A stretch of DNA of 64,000 nucleotides from an uncultured Bacteroidales bacterium (GCA_963818295.1 CAWFRW010000006.1:169119-233118); one strand, 5' to 3'. Numbered from the stretch's first letter, positions 46,304 to 60,132 are shown. The notes: generated by a model not told the origin, from the sequence alone. Translations and numbers: made by a program.

Positions 46304-46881
46304 TTACTCCTGAGGCTTATCTTCGGCAACCGCATCGGATACATTCTCCTCTGTTTCCGGTTCCTCAGCAGTGTCACCTGCAGCAACTGCATTCACTTCC
46401 TGAACCAGTTTTGCTGCGGCATCAGCATCTCTCTTGATGAGTCTTGCAATCCTTGCATCATTGATCTTCTTCTCAGAAGCAAGTCTTTCTACCAATATCA
46501 TCATCCTTCGATTTTTCAAGGCCTGATTTTTTAGCCTCAATCTTAGCCTCGTTCTGCTGATACCCACTCTTCAAAACGCTTTTCAGCTTCAGCTTCATCG
46601 AATGCACCTTTTTTAACACCCTCAAGGAGATGTTTCTTTAACATAACACCTTTATAAGACAGGATAGCTCTACAGGTATCTGTAGGTAATGCGCCATTTT
46701 GCAGCCAACCCAGCGCCTTACCGAAATCGAGTTCGATAGTTGCCGGATTAGTAACCGGATTGTATGATCCGATCTTTTCAATATATCTGCCATCCCGTGG
46801 CGATCTGCTATCTGCTACCACAATGTGGTAAAAGGCCAGTTTCTTACGGCCTTTTCTAGCTAATCTGATTTTAACTGCCAT
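46304..46881 (-). CDS. rpsP: 30S ribosomal protein S16 with the Bacteroidota C-terminal extension (one frameshift)
   Basis: [40 protein letters not shown]. Confidence 0.97.
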
Positions 46882-47000
46882 TAATTTCTACGCTTTATTA
46901 TTTAACCTGTTTAAAAAATGTGTGCAAAGATAACAGTAATATATTTATTGAACAAATGAATAGAAGTAATTTACATTTTATGAATTATATTAAATGGAAA

Positions 47001-47112
47001 TGGCGAAAAGTCCTTTGTGAACCTTTGTGAATCACTTTGTGCTCTCGTGTTTAATTCTTAAATTATTTAAACACAGAAGGATCACAAAGGTCAACACAGA
47101 GGAACACAAAGA
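47001..47112. repeat. CTTTGTG/CACAAAG heptamer palindrome
   Basis: AAAAGTCCTTTGTG (same start as the 4941 element), 3x CTTTGTG mirrored by CACAAAG/CACAGAG units. Confidence 0.75.
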
Positions 47113-47154
47113 AAAAGATCAAGCTCTATCTTTGACAATTATCGGAACTCTTTA

Positions 47155-47941
47155 TTAATTTCTTGTAAATGTAAATGCAAAAGTCCCGTAATCATACTGA
47201 TCGGTAGAAATATTGAAGTTCATCTAATACATCCCGGTACATGAATTATACGAACCAGTACCTTCATAAGCTATATTGGTTTCACCCCAGGCTTCTGATG
47301 CAAGAACCGTTTTGTCGGCAATAACTGAAAAAGTAACCGGATCAATATGCATCACAAGCGGACCCTGGTCTTCATTGAATCCTTCTATTGTCTCAAGTCC
47401 GGTAACATATATCGTAAACTGATCGGCAGGATCAGCCTGCAGGGCTATATCCCCTTCTGAATTCCATTCTGAGGGAGAGAGATACCGAATGATAGCTGCC
47501 AACCGCCACCGCCACATCATACTGACAGTATACGATAGGGTCCAGAGCGGCACTTGAACGTGTTGTCAATCCATCCTTGGTGGTAACAACTTCAATATAA
47601 ATAACTTCCCCTTCATTTACAACTCCCAGCTTTTCAGTAATTTCGCCAAGAGTGAAAGTGAATTCCGAGGGGAAGGATGTTACGTCTGCAATCTTTTCCC
47701 TCTGGAAATTATCCTCGGAAGAAACCACAATTTCTGCATTTTCAACAGTAACTCCGCTCTGAAGATCAACTTTGAAATGTATGAATGAACCGGGCTCTCC
47801 GCTGATAAATATCCCGCTTACATCAGATACGATCGGAACAACTCCGGCGCCCCTCCTGCCCGCAGGATCTTTAGCCTCCTCACAGCCAGATAATATTATA
47901 ACCAGTATGATTGTCAATCCTATTGTTATTAGTCTTTTCAT
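47155..47941 (-). CDS. Surface lipoprotein downstream of SusD (frameshifted)
   Basis: Lipobox LSGC; co-oriented with susCD. Confidence 0.75.
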
Positions 47942-47974
47942 TTTGCTTTTTTTTAAGTTTATTAAAGATGGAGC

Positions 47975-49426
47975 TTACCGGGTTCCCCCTGCCCACCAGA
48001 CGTTTTCAGAATAAACATAAGTGCCGTCTCCATAAGCCTCACGGATATTCATGTTTGTAGTAACATCCTCTGATCCATAAGTAAATCGTAATGGAAACAG
48101 ATTTGTATTCATTGGATTATCAAGACTTGATAACATTGTTGCCCATTGCTTTTAACCGTCTGTAATCATTGTAAGCCTCAAGAGCTTCTTCTTCATAAAA
48201 AGCAATGTATTTCTGATTCATTACCTCTGAAAGCGGATTTGTCTGAAATTTGGGCCTTACACTTGTATTGAAGTAATCAACGGCGGCGGCAGCTGATAAA
48301 CCAATATTCACCTTCATGAATGCTGCAGTAACAGCCCTCCGTCAGTGCAGTATCTGCATTTTGCAGGTCATTCAGCCTCACATAAGCCTCTGCTTTGAGG
48401 AACTCAATTTCATGATAGCTGAGCAGGTATGAGGGTGCTGTTGCGCTGGTGATTGCAGAAATTGAATAAATACCCTGAACCTGGTTTGGTGTTCCGTTAG
48501 GAGCAAACACGATTTCATCGCTTCCCGACAGGGGATGAGGCATGAAGAAGAGATCATCCCTCGGATCGTTTCTCTCAGTCAATTTATCATGCAGGCTCTG
48601 GCTGGCTCCGTAATAATCCCTGTCCTGGAACAACCGGTAAAACGGACTGCTTGTCGAAGTGCCGTTATAGTTAAACTGTGCCTGTTCAGATCCTGATGTA
48701 AATGATTGATCTGCATAGGTTATAACATTGGAATAATCCGGTGTTTTAAACGATAAATGCATGGCATAACGCGCCTTCAGCCCATATGCAAACTTCTTCC
48801 ATAATGCAATGTCTCCTCCATAGATCAAGATCCTGTGCACCTAAAGAAGGAAATATTGATTCCTTGTCGAGATTAAGGATAGCATCATCAAGCAGTTTTG
48901 TAATATCTCCATATATTGCAGACTGGTTGTCAAGCACGGGAGTGAATACTATCCCGGGTTGAAGAGCCTCGCTCCATGGGACATCACCCATCACATCAGT
49001 TACTATGGCCAGGTTATATGCACTAAGTATCTGTGCAATACCCAGGGTGTGCCAGTTGCCTTCCTCGGTGCCTCCCTCTGAACACTTCTGAATAATCACA
49101 TTAAGATTGTACAGGTTCTGGTATACAGCATTCCATGAATTATTATAAGTTGTAGAACTTGTAGGTTCACCGCTCCTTATCTCAGCATTGTAAAACTGCC
49201 CGAAGATCCCTGCATTATGCTCAATATATATTGAAGCATAATAATTAAAATCTCCTCCGGCAACAGAAAAAGCTGTATTAGTCATCACGTCTGTAATTAT
49301 CAATCTTGATACCATCTCTGTCGGATCATTAACATTGGAGTTGATTTCGTCCATGGCTTTTTCGGAACATGACCAAGTGGCAAGTACCAGGATTGAGGTG
49401 AAAAATATATAAATTGCTTTTCTCAT
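47975..49426 (-). CDS. SusD/RagB family lipoprotein (frameshifted)
   Basis: Lipobox WSC, TDVMGDVPWSEA, EIEFLKAEAY, QKYIAF, YNDYRR, VWWAGG. Confidence 0.9.
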
Positions 49427-49437
49427 GGCATTTGAAG

Positions 49438-52400
49438 TTAAAAGGTTAAATCTAAACTGAATCCATAGCTGGTTACCTGGGGTGCAGAAAAACGTTCAAA
49501 TGAGCCTCCCATATTTGTATTCCCCTGGCTTGATTCAGGATCAAAGTTTTCAAGAGCGGTCCAGACAAGTATGTTACGCGCAAAAGCCGAGACACCAAGA
49601 TTAACAGAGTTGAACAGTTTCTTTGATGGTCTGTAGCTCAATGCAAGTTCGCGAAGCTTTACAAACGAATTATCATGAATATAATACTCATCAATATTTG
49701 TAGTACGTTTCTGTGCAGATTCTGAAATGCATCAGGGTCTGTTGGCCCTCCGCGAACAATATCATTTGGCGTGCCATCAGGCTTTACTCCATCGAAGATG
49801 AAGGTTGACTCCCGGTCTTCTGTCCTTGTCGACAACCCGTAAAAATCCATTAATCCATTGCTGCCGGAATACATCTGTCCTCCATTTTTCCATTCAAACA
49901 AGGCACTCAGAGACCACTTCTTATATGAAAATGTATTGGATGCTCCCAGAATAAAATCGGGAGATACTGACCCGATAACACCAGGCTCACCAATCAATGG
50001 CATACCATGAGTCGGGAGAACCCGGGTTATCTTCAACAACAATCCGGTTTTCAGCATCCCGTACAAACGATATCCCATATATGACCGGATAAGTGCTACC
50101 GATACCTGCCCTGACCTGTGGGGTTGTAAATCCTCCGAGAAAGATGCTCTCCACACCGGGAGCCAGCTCATCGACAATATTGTCAATCTTTGTGAAATTG
50201 ACATTTAAGTCCCACTGGAAGTTTTTTGACTGGACCGGGATAGCATAAAACACAAGCTCATTGCTGACAGTATGCACTTTACCCCCGTTCATAAGAAGCT
50301 GCCTTATACCTGTTGATCCTGCAAGCGGTACTGTAAATATCTGATCAACTACATTCTGACGCGAAAAAGTATAGTCAACACCGATGCGATTGTTGAAGAA
50401 TTTGAGCTCTGTACCGACTTCGTATGATTTGGTGTTCTGTGGTTTTAAATTAGGGTCATACTGAATATTGTTGGGAATATAGGAACTAACTCCATCAATG
50501 GGATAGAGAACAGGAGAACCTGACCACCAGCCGCCGGTATAAGTTTGGCGTGGTGTAATAATTCCTTGTGTATGAGCCTGCCTGTCCAACCTCGGCATAT
50601 GAAAGCCGCAGTTTGGCGAACGAAATCCAGTCAATGTTTTTAACTGCACCCAGTTCGGAGGCCACAAAACTTAATGATACAGAAGGATAAAAGAATGTAC
50701 GGTTATTTGTCGGCATGGTTGATACAACATCATTTCGTCCCGTGGCATTAAGGAAAAGAATAGACCTCCAGTCGAGGGATAAGCTTCCAAAAAAGCCTAC
50801 AGTGCGATCCTTGCCTTTAGATTCATTTGCTGTCACAATATTGGCATTCCTGATATGCGACCATCCTCCAAAATTCAATACCTCACCGTGTTCCGAATAG
50901 GTTTTGTAATTTCCCTGGTTGAATTCATTTCCGATCATTGCGCTGAAAACCAGTCCGCTGTTTATCCTCCAGTCATAATTGGCTGTCAGAAGGGAGTTTA
51001 CAGTTGAGGAGGAAATCCCATAGTTGTCAATCATACCATCATTCTCCGTTATGGCCATATTCAAAGATATCCTGGAAATGTGTCGTATATGAATCCATGC
51101 CAAGCTGGTAACGGACTTTCAGATTCATCGATGACCCCATCTTCGCAGCATAATTAATATAGCCGTTGCCAAAAAAACGGTCTGTTTTTTCCTTAAAGTG
51201 ATAATTCTCTGCAGCCCAGTATGGATTGTCATATCCTGCAACTGAACGGTAATATATCTGGGTATAGGGATCGCCCGGAACATGATATGGATAACCCTTC
51301 AGATTGTAACTTGCAGGTGCACCCAACACACCTGCCAGGGCTGCATCATTTCCGGATGGAATCTTGTCAATATCAGTCTTGGAAAAATTAGAGCTGAAGC
51401 CTGTACTGAAGTTTTTATTCAGCTTCCTTTCAGCCGATGCTTTGGCATTCCAACGGTCCATACCTGTTGATAAAGCTATTCCGCTCTGGGATGTCTGCGT
51501 TACACCAAGTGCAAAACTCCCGTTTTCACTTGCCTGTGTTACATTTGCGTTTGTAGTTGAGGAATAACCTGTCCTGAAATAACTATCCCAGTTATTAAAT
51601 ACTTCAGGGGTAACCCATGGATCAGCGATCTGTCCCTCCTCAAGCTGGGGCACCAGGTATTTCCCGGGATGCCCGTTAGCGTTTCCCCCGTATGTTGGAT
51701 CATCGGGAAGGTCCACAATTTTCGGGCCCCAGGAGGATGAAGAACTTGGTACATAGCTTCCATCTAGACCCTGTGCATATGTTGACTGATAATCAGGAGT
51801 ACGTGAGACAACTGAAAAACTGCTCGTATGAGAGATCGAGATCACAGGTTTACCGATTGCGTTATTCCGGCCGCTCTTTGTTGTAATTATTATTACTCCG
51901 TTTGAGGCACGGATACCATAGAGCGCCGCAGCTGCCTGTCCTTTAAGAATATTGATGCTCTCAATATCAGAAGGGTCAATATCCACTGCACGGTTTGAAA
52001 GGTCGGATCCTGTTACACCGTCACCGGCTGAGCGAGAAATCACCGCCTGCTCCAGACTGAATATCGGCAGTAGATGAGACAGGCATGCCATCCACAACAT
52101 AAAGCGGAGTATTGTTTCCTGTAAAGGAGCGGGCTCCCCTGATAACAATCTGCGATGAAGCCCCGGGCATACCGCTGCTGGGCTTAATGTCAATACCTGA
52201 AAGTCTTGCCCTGCATGGCACCTGCAAGATCGGTATTGCCAGTTCGTTCAATTACATCATTTTTAACATCCTGAACTGCATATCCAAGAGCCTTTTTCTC
52301 CCTGGATATTCCAAGGGCTGTAACAACAACTTCATTTAAACTCTGCAGTTCAGGTTCAAGCACAACATTTATTTCCGAACGACCCCCTATCTCAATCTCC

Positions 52401-52647
52401 TGGGTTTTCATCCCGATATAGGAAAAAATAAGTGTTGTGGCGCCCGGAGGCACAGACAGGACAAATTTTCCGTTTATATCTGTAATATTGCCGGTAGTTG
52501 TTCCCTTTACAGCCACTGTCACCCCCGGCAAGGGGCCCTCCTCCTTCCGCGGAAGAGACAACAGTTCCTGTAACAGTTTTCTGCTGGGCTGCCTGCAGAT
52601 AGCAAAAGCCCGCAAAATAATAAAAACATTAAGAGAAGTTTTCTCAT
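49438..52647 (-). CDS. SusC/RagA TonB-dependent transporter (many frameshifts)
   Basis: [59 protein letters not shown]-terminal Phe. Confidence 0.93.
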
Positions 52648-52680
52648 AACTTTTGGTTTAGGTTAATAATTAGTATAAAT

Positions 52681-52806
52681 GGCATCTCAAAAGCTCTTTT
52701 TTTACCCCCAACCCCCCGGGAGAAGAAGATGTGCATTTAAGCAAGTCCCCCACGGGGGATAGCTATCAGGGGTAAATCTTACAGGGAGAGCTTTTGAGAC
52801 ATCCTC
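52681..52806. repeat. MITE-like palindrome just upstream of susC
   Basis: IR TCTCAAAAGCTCT/AGAGCTTTTGAGA; inner TTTACCCC/GGGGTAAA and TCCCCC/GGGGGA. Confidence 0.75.
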
Positions 52807-53024
52807 TGTTTTGGTGTCAGGTTTTCTAAGTCACTTTTAACAAAATAATTCAATACGATGCCGTGATAATTTTAATCATTCAACAGAATGCACTTCTCGA
52901 TTTGACAATTGTCATGAAATAACCAACGGATTTAAATTTTGTATATATGGACGATCGAATCGGATAATAATCCAATTTTGAGTATTTTTGTGAACTGATC
53001 TAACCGAATATTTTTATTCAATCC

Positions 53025-56000
53025 ATGGCAACATTTTCACACTTACATGTTCATACTCAATACTCTATACTTGACGGAGCTTCAAATATCGCTTTACTTA
53101 TCGACAGGGTAAAAGAGCTTGGAATGGAAGCCATTGCAATAACCGATCATGGCAATATGTTTGGGGTTAAAGAGTTTCACAACTATGCCACAAAAAAGGG
53201 GATAAAGCCACTTATCGGATGTGAGATTTATGTTGCAAAAAGATCGCTTGAAGATGTAAACGGCAAAGAGGACCGTTCAGGTGATCATCTTATTCTTCTT
53301 GCAAAAAATCTTAAGGGATATAAAAACCTCATCAAGCTGGTTTCTACTGCCTGGATCAAGGGCTTTTACTATAAACCGCGCATTGACAAGGAACTGCTGA
53401 AGCAATACAGCGAAGGTCTGATTGCCTCATCAGCATGCCTCGCCGGGGAGATACAGGATGAGATCCTGAACGGGACCATGACAGGTGCAGAGGATGCCCT
53501 TAAAAGATATCTTGACATTTTCGGGGAAGATTTCTACCTCGAGATACAGAGACACGAAACATATGATCCTGAAGCCGACAGATCGGCTTTTCCTCTTCAG
53601 CAGAAGGTGATTGAGGGTTTCAGAACTCTTTCGGCAAAATATCAATGTAAAGCTTATTGCATCAAATGATGTTCATTTTATAAATGCTGAAGATGCAGAA
53701 GCTCACGACAGGCTGATTTGCATAAATACTGCAAAGGATATTCGATGATCCAAACAGACTCAGATATTCAAAACAGGAATATCTCAAGAGCGAGGCTGAG
53801 ATGCGCGAGATCTTCAGGGATATCCCGGAGGCAATAGATAATGTGGCCGCCCTTGTTGAAAAAGTTGAAAAGTACAAGCTCGATCATGACCCCATCATGC
53901 CTGAATTTGATCTGCCTGACGATTTTACGGACAAGGATGAATACCTGCGCTTCCTGACATATAAAGGAGCAGAAAAGAGATGGGGGACTCTTACCCAGGA
54001 ACAGAGAGACAGGATTGATTTCGAGTTGCAGATGATCGCGAAGATGGGATTTCCGGGGTACTTCCTGATTGTTCAGGACTTCCTTCGGGCAGCAAGGGAA
54101 ATGGGCGTATCTGTCGGGCCCGGAAGAGGGTCTGCAGCCGGTTCAGCTGTGGCATTCTGCCTGAGGATAACAGATATCGATCCGATCAAATATGGACTTC
54201 TGTTCGAACGCTTCCTTAATCTCGACAGGATCTCCATGCCGGATATTGACATAGATTTCGATGAGGACGGAAGAGAAGCGGTCCTGAAATATGTCGTAAA
54301 TAAGTATGGCCATGACAAGGTTGCACATATTATAACATTTGGCTCAATGGCAGCCAAAATGGCTATCAGGGATGTTGCCAGGGTACAAAAACTTCCGCTG
54401 CCCGATGCTGACAGGCTTGCAAAGCTGGTGCCTGAAAGGCCGGGAATAACACTTGCGGAGGCATTATGCTGAAGTGCCCGAACTGGCAAGGGAGAGAGAA
54501 TCATCAAATAAGCTTATTGCACAGACTTTAAAATATGCAGCCGTTCTGGAAGGATCTGTACGGCAAACCGGTGTTCATGCCTGCGGAATAATTATAGGCA
54601 AGGACTCTCTCGACAATTATATCCCGCTTGTGTACGGCAAAGGACACAGAGTTGTATGCAACCCAGTACGATGGCAGCCATGTGGAATCTGTCGGACTGC
54701 TCAAGATGGATTTCCTGGGATTAAAAACATTGTCGATAATAAAGGATGCCGTAATAAATATAAAAAAATCAAGAGGTATTGACATCGACATTGAGACTCT
54801 TCCTCTCGATGACAAGAAAACATTTGAACTTTTCAGCAACGGAGAAACAACTGCAATATTCCAGTTTGAATCTACCGGAATGAAGAGATACCTGAGAGAC
54901 CTGGAACCTAACAGGCTTGAAGACCTCATAGCAATGAATGCCCTTTACCGTCCGGGACCAATGGAGTATATCCCAAAATTTATCCGGAGGAAGCATGGCA
55001 CTGAAAAGATCGACTATCCTATTCCGGTCATGGAGAAATATCTTGATGATACATACGGAATTACTGTATACCAGGAACAGGTGATGCTTCTTTCGCAGGA
55101 GCTGGCAGGCTTTACAAAGGGTGAAGCTGATTCTCTCAGGAAAGCAATGGGGAAAAAGAAGCGCTCCATTATGGATGAGATGAAATTAAAATTCCAGGAG
55201 GGTTGCAAAAAAAATGGCTTTGATGAGAGCATTGTAAATAAGATATGGTCCGACTGGGAAGCATTTGCACAATATGCTTTTAATAAATCACATTCAACCT
55301 GTTATGCCCTTGTCGCTTTCCAGACCGGATATCTGAAAGCCAATTATCCTGCTGAGTATATGGCAGCAGTTCTCAGCCGGAATATAAGCGATATCAAGAA
55401 GATCACAACCTTCATGGATGAGACCAGAAGGATGGGCATGGATGTACTTGGTCCGGATGTGAATGAGAGTAATGTTATGTTTACTGTAAATAAGGACGGC
55501 AATGTAAGATTTGGCCTCGGGGCTATAAAGGGTGTAGGTGAAAGCGCAGTTCTCCAGCTTATTGAGGAGAGAGAGAAAAATGGCGTTTACAGGGATATTT
55601 ATGATCTTGTGGAGAGGGTGAATCTTAACTCGCTTAATAAAAAAAATCTTGAGGCTATGGCTGTTGCCGGAGCATTTGACTGCTTTAGCATCAATAAGCA
55701 GGGCACAGTATTTCTCGCTCGACACAAGGGGATCAAGCTTTATTGAAAGCCTTATAAGGTACGGCAATAATGCAAAGACAGTAAAAAATTCAAGTCAGCA
55801 GTCACTCTTTGGTGAAACCGGCGGATTCGACATGGTAAAACCTGAACCATCATTCTGTCCCGACTGGCCAAAGCTTGAGAAACTCAACAGGGAAAAAGAG
55901 GTAATCGGCATATATCTCTCCTCTCATCCCCTTGATGACTTCAAACTTGAGATCGAAACTTTCACAACAGCTACACTTGCTGATCTTCAGAATCTGAGGG

Positions 56001-56516
56001 AGTACCTCGACCGTGACGTTACAGTGGCAGGTATGGTTATCGATACAAGGAATGGCATCAGCAAGAACGGGAAACCTTACGGTTCATTTACAATACAGGA
56101 CTATTCTGATTCTTTCCGGTTAATGATGTTCGATAAGGATTATATTGAAAACAGCAAGTTCTTTACAATGGGTTATTACCTGCTCTTGAAGGGCAGGGTC
56201 CAGAAACGACCATACAGGGAGGATGAACTTGAATTCAAGGTAAAAACAATTAATCTTCTATCAAGCGTAAAGGATGACCTTATAAAGTCAGTTACACTGA
56301 AAATTGATCCTGAAAATATAAGTCCGGAGATGATAAGGGATCTTAAGGAACTGGTGGTTGAGAACAAAGGCGAGACAGAGCTTGAAATTTCTCTTTATCG
56401 ATCCTGATGATAAAATCTCGCTGCCAATGTTCTCAAGGACTTACCGCGTAAGACTGAATAACGAATTAATATCATATCTGGATGACCATCCAGGTATCGA
56501 ATATAAAGTAAATTAG
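53025..56516 (+). CDS. dnaE: DNA polymerase III alpha subunit (frameshifted)
   Basis: HLHVHTQYSILDG, GPGRGSAAGS, SMPDIDIDF, KMDFLGL, YAFNKSHS. Confidence 0.96.
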
Positions 56517-56562
56517 CTATCTTTGCAGCGGTCATAATTTTTAAACTTAATAATTTTTAAAC

Positions 56563-56880
56563 ATGGCGTTAGAGGTAAACGACAGCAACTTTGAAGAGGT
56601 GGTTATAAAATCAGACAAACCTGTACTTGTCGATTTCTGGGCAGAGTGGTGTGGTCCTTGCAGAATGATTGCACCCATTGTTGAAGAGATTGCCGAACAG
56701 TATGCCGGAAAAGCACTTGTAGTAAAATGTGATGTGGACAGCAGTCCAAATGTTGCAGCAAAATATAGCATCAGAAACATACCTACCGTTCTTTTCTTCA
56801 AGGAGGGTAAAATAGCTGACAAGCAGGTAGGCGCTGTACCAAAGAATAACTTTCTCACAAAGCTTAATGCTCTTATTTAA
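56563..56880 (+). CDS. trxA: Thioredoxin
   Basis: VDFWAEWCGPC, IRNIPT. Confidence 0.97.
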   Translation: MALEVNDSNFEEVVIKSDKPVLVDFWAEWCGPCRMIAPIVEEIAEQYAGKALVVKCDVDSSPNVAAKYSIRNIPTVLFFKEGKIADKQVGAVPKNNFLTKLNALI

Positions 56881-56943
56881 ATAGTATTTTAAGGATTTAT
56901 GGCCGTTCTGCATATCTGGAACGGCCTTTTTAATACACATCAG

Positions 56944-57519
56944 ATGAGAGTATGTGTATTTGCATCTTCCAGCAGCCGCATCAGATAAGGAATATGCCGA
57001 TGCAGCTTCCGAACTTGGGATGCTGCTTTCAAAGGCTGGCATTGAAGTCGTCTTTGGTGGCGGAGGAATAGGCCTTATGGGTAAACTTGCCGATACAATC
57101 CTTGAAAACAATGGCACAATAACAGGTGTAATTCCCTCATTTATGAAAGATCAGGGCTGGAATCATTCAGATGTCAGTGATATGATCATTACCTCTGATA
57201 TGGGGGAAAGGAAAAAACAGATGTTTGCAATGGCTGATGCAATTGTAGCCCTTCCCGGAGGAGTCGGCACTCTGGAAGAACTCACGGAAGCAATAACTCT
57301 CAAACAACTTGGTCTCTTCAGAGGACCGGTTATCATCCTGAATACACTGAACTTTTATAAATCATTGATTGACTTCTTTGAACATATGGTCTCAGAATAT
57401 TTTCTGCGGTTGAACATAAAGCAATCTGGGAAATTGCAGATACTCCTGAGGAGGTTATGATACTTCTTGCAAAAAACGATCCCTGGCTTTTCGACCCGAT
57501 CAAAATAGCGAAGATCTAG
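56944..57519 (+). CDS. LOG family (TIGR00730) nucleotide phosphoribohydrolase
   Basis: VFGGGGIGLMG, ERK..M, ALPGGVGTLEE. Confidence 0.9.
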
Positions 57520-57538
57520 TTCAGCCAAAACCTAATTT

Positions 57539-58628
57539 TTAGCTGCTATAAGAATTGCGGATTGCGGATTCGGATTGCGGATTTAGATATACCTCCAGCA
57601 GACTGCTGCTGAACAGAGTTTTTGAGAACAGCTTCCCGTTTAATACAGGTGCCGGTACACCTCCTTCAAAATATTCTTCACCGGTGAAAATCCTTGCTTC
57701 ATCCCACAATCCGTTAGAGATAAAGTGATCAAGCAACCTGTGCTCCGCCTTCAATAAACAATGACTGAATACCTTTATTGTAAAGGTAGTCTGCTAATCT
57801 GTTTGCAGGCCGGTACTTCATCGTCCAGCCTGATAATTTCAGTACCAGGGATATCGGTATCCTTATTATTTGTAAATATAACTGTCGCTGCCCCATCCAT
57901 TGAATAATGCCGAGCCCTTCTCAATGCCCCGGAACTACTCAGTATAATTTTCAGCGGATCCTTCCCTTTCCAGTCCCTGACATTTAGTTTTGGATCGTCA
58001 GCTCGTACAGTTCCTGCACCCACAAGAATTGACTTCCTCTTCTGACCTCCACTTGTGAACAAGCGCCCTCTCAGGTTTACCCGTTATCCATGTAGGCTCA
58101 ATCCGGTGATTTTCTGATCTCTGAATATCAAGGTATCCGTCAGCGGTTTGAGCCCATTTCAATGTGATATATGGTCTTTTCTTCTCATTAAATGTAAAGA
58201 ATCTCCTGTTTACACTTCTGCACTCCCCTGACAGTACCCTTGCAGTTACCTCGCATCCGGCATCCCTTAACCTGGCCACTCCCTGTCCTGATACTTTATC
58301 GCTTGAATCAATGGCTCCCACAACAATCCGCGGTATCGAACAGGCAATAATAAAATCGGCACACGGAGGGGTCTTTCCGAAATGAGAACAGGGTTCAAGA
58401 CTGACATAAAGCGTCGATTCTTTCAATATCGTCTTGTCTGATACAGAATTGATGGCAATTACCTCTGCATGATCTTCTCCTGCCTTTACGATGATACCCT
58501 TCACCAATGATTTTCCCGTTATGCACAATAACGGCTCCTACCATTGGATTGGGATAGGTCAGCCCTTCTGCCTTAACAGCCAGTTCGAGGCATCTTTTCA
58601 TGAATTTAATATCGTCAGTTTCCTCCAT
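57539..58628 (-). CDS. ribD: Riboflavin biosynthesis deaminase/reductase (frameshifted)
   Basis: PNPMVGAV, HAEV, LEPCSHFGKTPPC, LKWAQTADG, ILVGAGTV..DDP.L. Confidence 0.93.
57554..57583. repeat. ATTGCGG heptamer tandem inside the ribD 3' end
   Basis: ATTGCGG ATTGCGG ATT-CGG ATTGCGG ATT. Confidence 0.7.
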
Positions 58629-58654
58629 TTCCCTGAAAATGCTAAATTTGACTT

Positions 58655-59525
58655 ATGGGCATCAAGATAAAAACAATCAAAGATATCAGATTTTTCCTCA
58701 GCTGGGAACTTGACGGAACTTATCCTGAAGATGAGATAAGAGCAATTACAAATATTATCCTGAGGAATGTCCTTGAAATAACAAAAATGCATCAGATCTA
58801 TCTTTCAGATGAACCTGTAAACAGCCTGCAGGTATCAAAAATAATAGATATCGCCGATGAACTAAAAACCGGAAAGCCAATCCAGTATATTCTTGGGGAG
58901 ACCATTTTCTATGACTGTACTATAAAGCTGAACAGCTCTGCACTTATACCACGACCGGAAACAGAGGAGCTGGTTGATCTCATTGTCCGTGAAAACAAAG
59001 GATATAAGGGCAATATTATTGATTTTGGAACAGGTTCAGGATGTATTGCAATATCCCTTGCCTCAAACCTTCCCGGATCCTCTGTTACAGGCAACTGATA
59101 TTTCAGAGGAAGCCCTGATGCTGGCTGAAATGAATGCGAAGCTGAATAATGTGAATATCAGATTTATTAAAGATGATATTTTAAGCAATGATACCGCGTC
59201 CATTCGCAAAAGCTGGCATAATTGTAAGCAATCCTCCATATGTAAGGGAATCCGAAAAACAGCTCATGAATAAAAATGTTCTTGAATTTGAACCTGAGAC
59301 AGGCTCTTTTTGTACCGGATTCTGATCCGCTGGTTTTTTATACCGGGATACTGAAGAAATCTGTCAGGCTTCTTGATCCTCAGGGGAAAATCTATTTTGA
59401 AATAAATGAAGCAATGGGGAACAAATGGTCAGGTTGCTTGAATCTTACGGCTTCTACCGAAATACAGATTAGTCAAAGATATCAACGGAAAAGACAGGAT
59501 TATAAAAGGAATAAGACATGGCTGA
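58655..59525 (+). CDS. prmC: Release factor glutamine methyltransferase (frameshifted)
   Basis: PIQYILG, LIPRPETEELV, DFGTGSGCIA, VSNPPY. Confidence 0.93.
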
Positions 59526-59987
59526 TAATGAAATTTTCAAAACTGCTTTGAATAAGGCAATGGCATTATGTGCCGGAAGGGAATACACAGCCGGTGAAAT
59601 AATCGTCAAAACTAAAGCTATGGGGTATTGAAGGTAATGAGAGCGGCAGAATTATTCAGCTTCTGAAAAATGACAACTTCATCAATGAAGAACGGTATGC
59701 CCTTGCATTTGTAAAGGATAAATTCAGATACAACAAGTGGGGAAAATTAAAAATCTCAGCTCATCTCAGGTCAAAAAATATTTCAGATGAAGTAATAAGA
59801 AAGGCATTGGATTCAATTGATGATGAAACCTACCGGAAAACTATTGAAAATATTCTATCAGCTCACCGACGTTCGGTTAAGGCAAAGAATCAGTATGACC
59901 TGAAGGCTAAATTACTCAGGTATGGCCTCTCAAAGGGCTTTGAAAGCCAATCTGCTGTATGATCTGCTGAAAATGTCTGAGGATTAA
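59518..59987 (+). CDS. recX: Regulatory protein RecX (frameshifted, missing from the ORF track)
   Basis: KAMALCAGRE, NFINEERYA.AFVKDKFRYNKWGKLKI, LLRYGLSKGFE. Confidence 0.85.
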
Positions 59988-59995
59988 GAAAAGAA

Positions 59996-60132
59996 TTTAA
60001 CCACGGAGTTGCACGGAGTATCACGGAGTAAGACACGGAGTAAGACACAGAGTTTTGTATTCAATAAGGTAGCAGTCTCATTTTATTTTTAACAGTATCA
60101 CTCCGTGCAACTCTGTGTACTCCGTGGTTAAA
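59996..60132. repeat. CACGGAG/CTCCGTG heptamer palindrome
   Basis: Perfect terminal IR TTTAACCACGGAGT/ACTCCGTGGTTAAA; five CAC(G/A)GAG on the left, three mirrored on the right. Confidence 0.85.

Noticed and set aside
53025-56516. Split or intein-containing DnaE, or programmed frameshifting
   Set aside because: The pieces join to a normal-length alpha subunit by single-base corrections. I saw no intein motifs or consistent slippery sites.
59996-60132. CRISPR array (also considered at 1567-1660)
   Set aside because: Units are 7 bp with 2-5 bp gaps and are arranged as inverted arms. There are no spacer-sized unique sequences and no cas genes.
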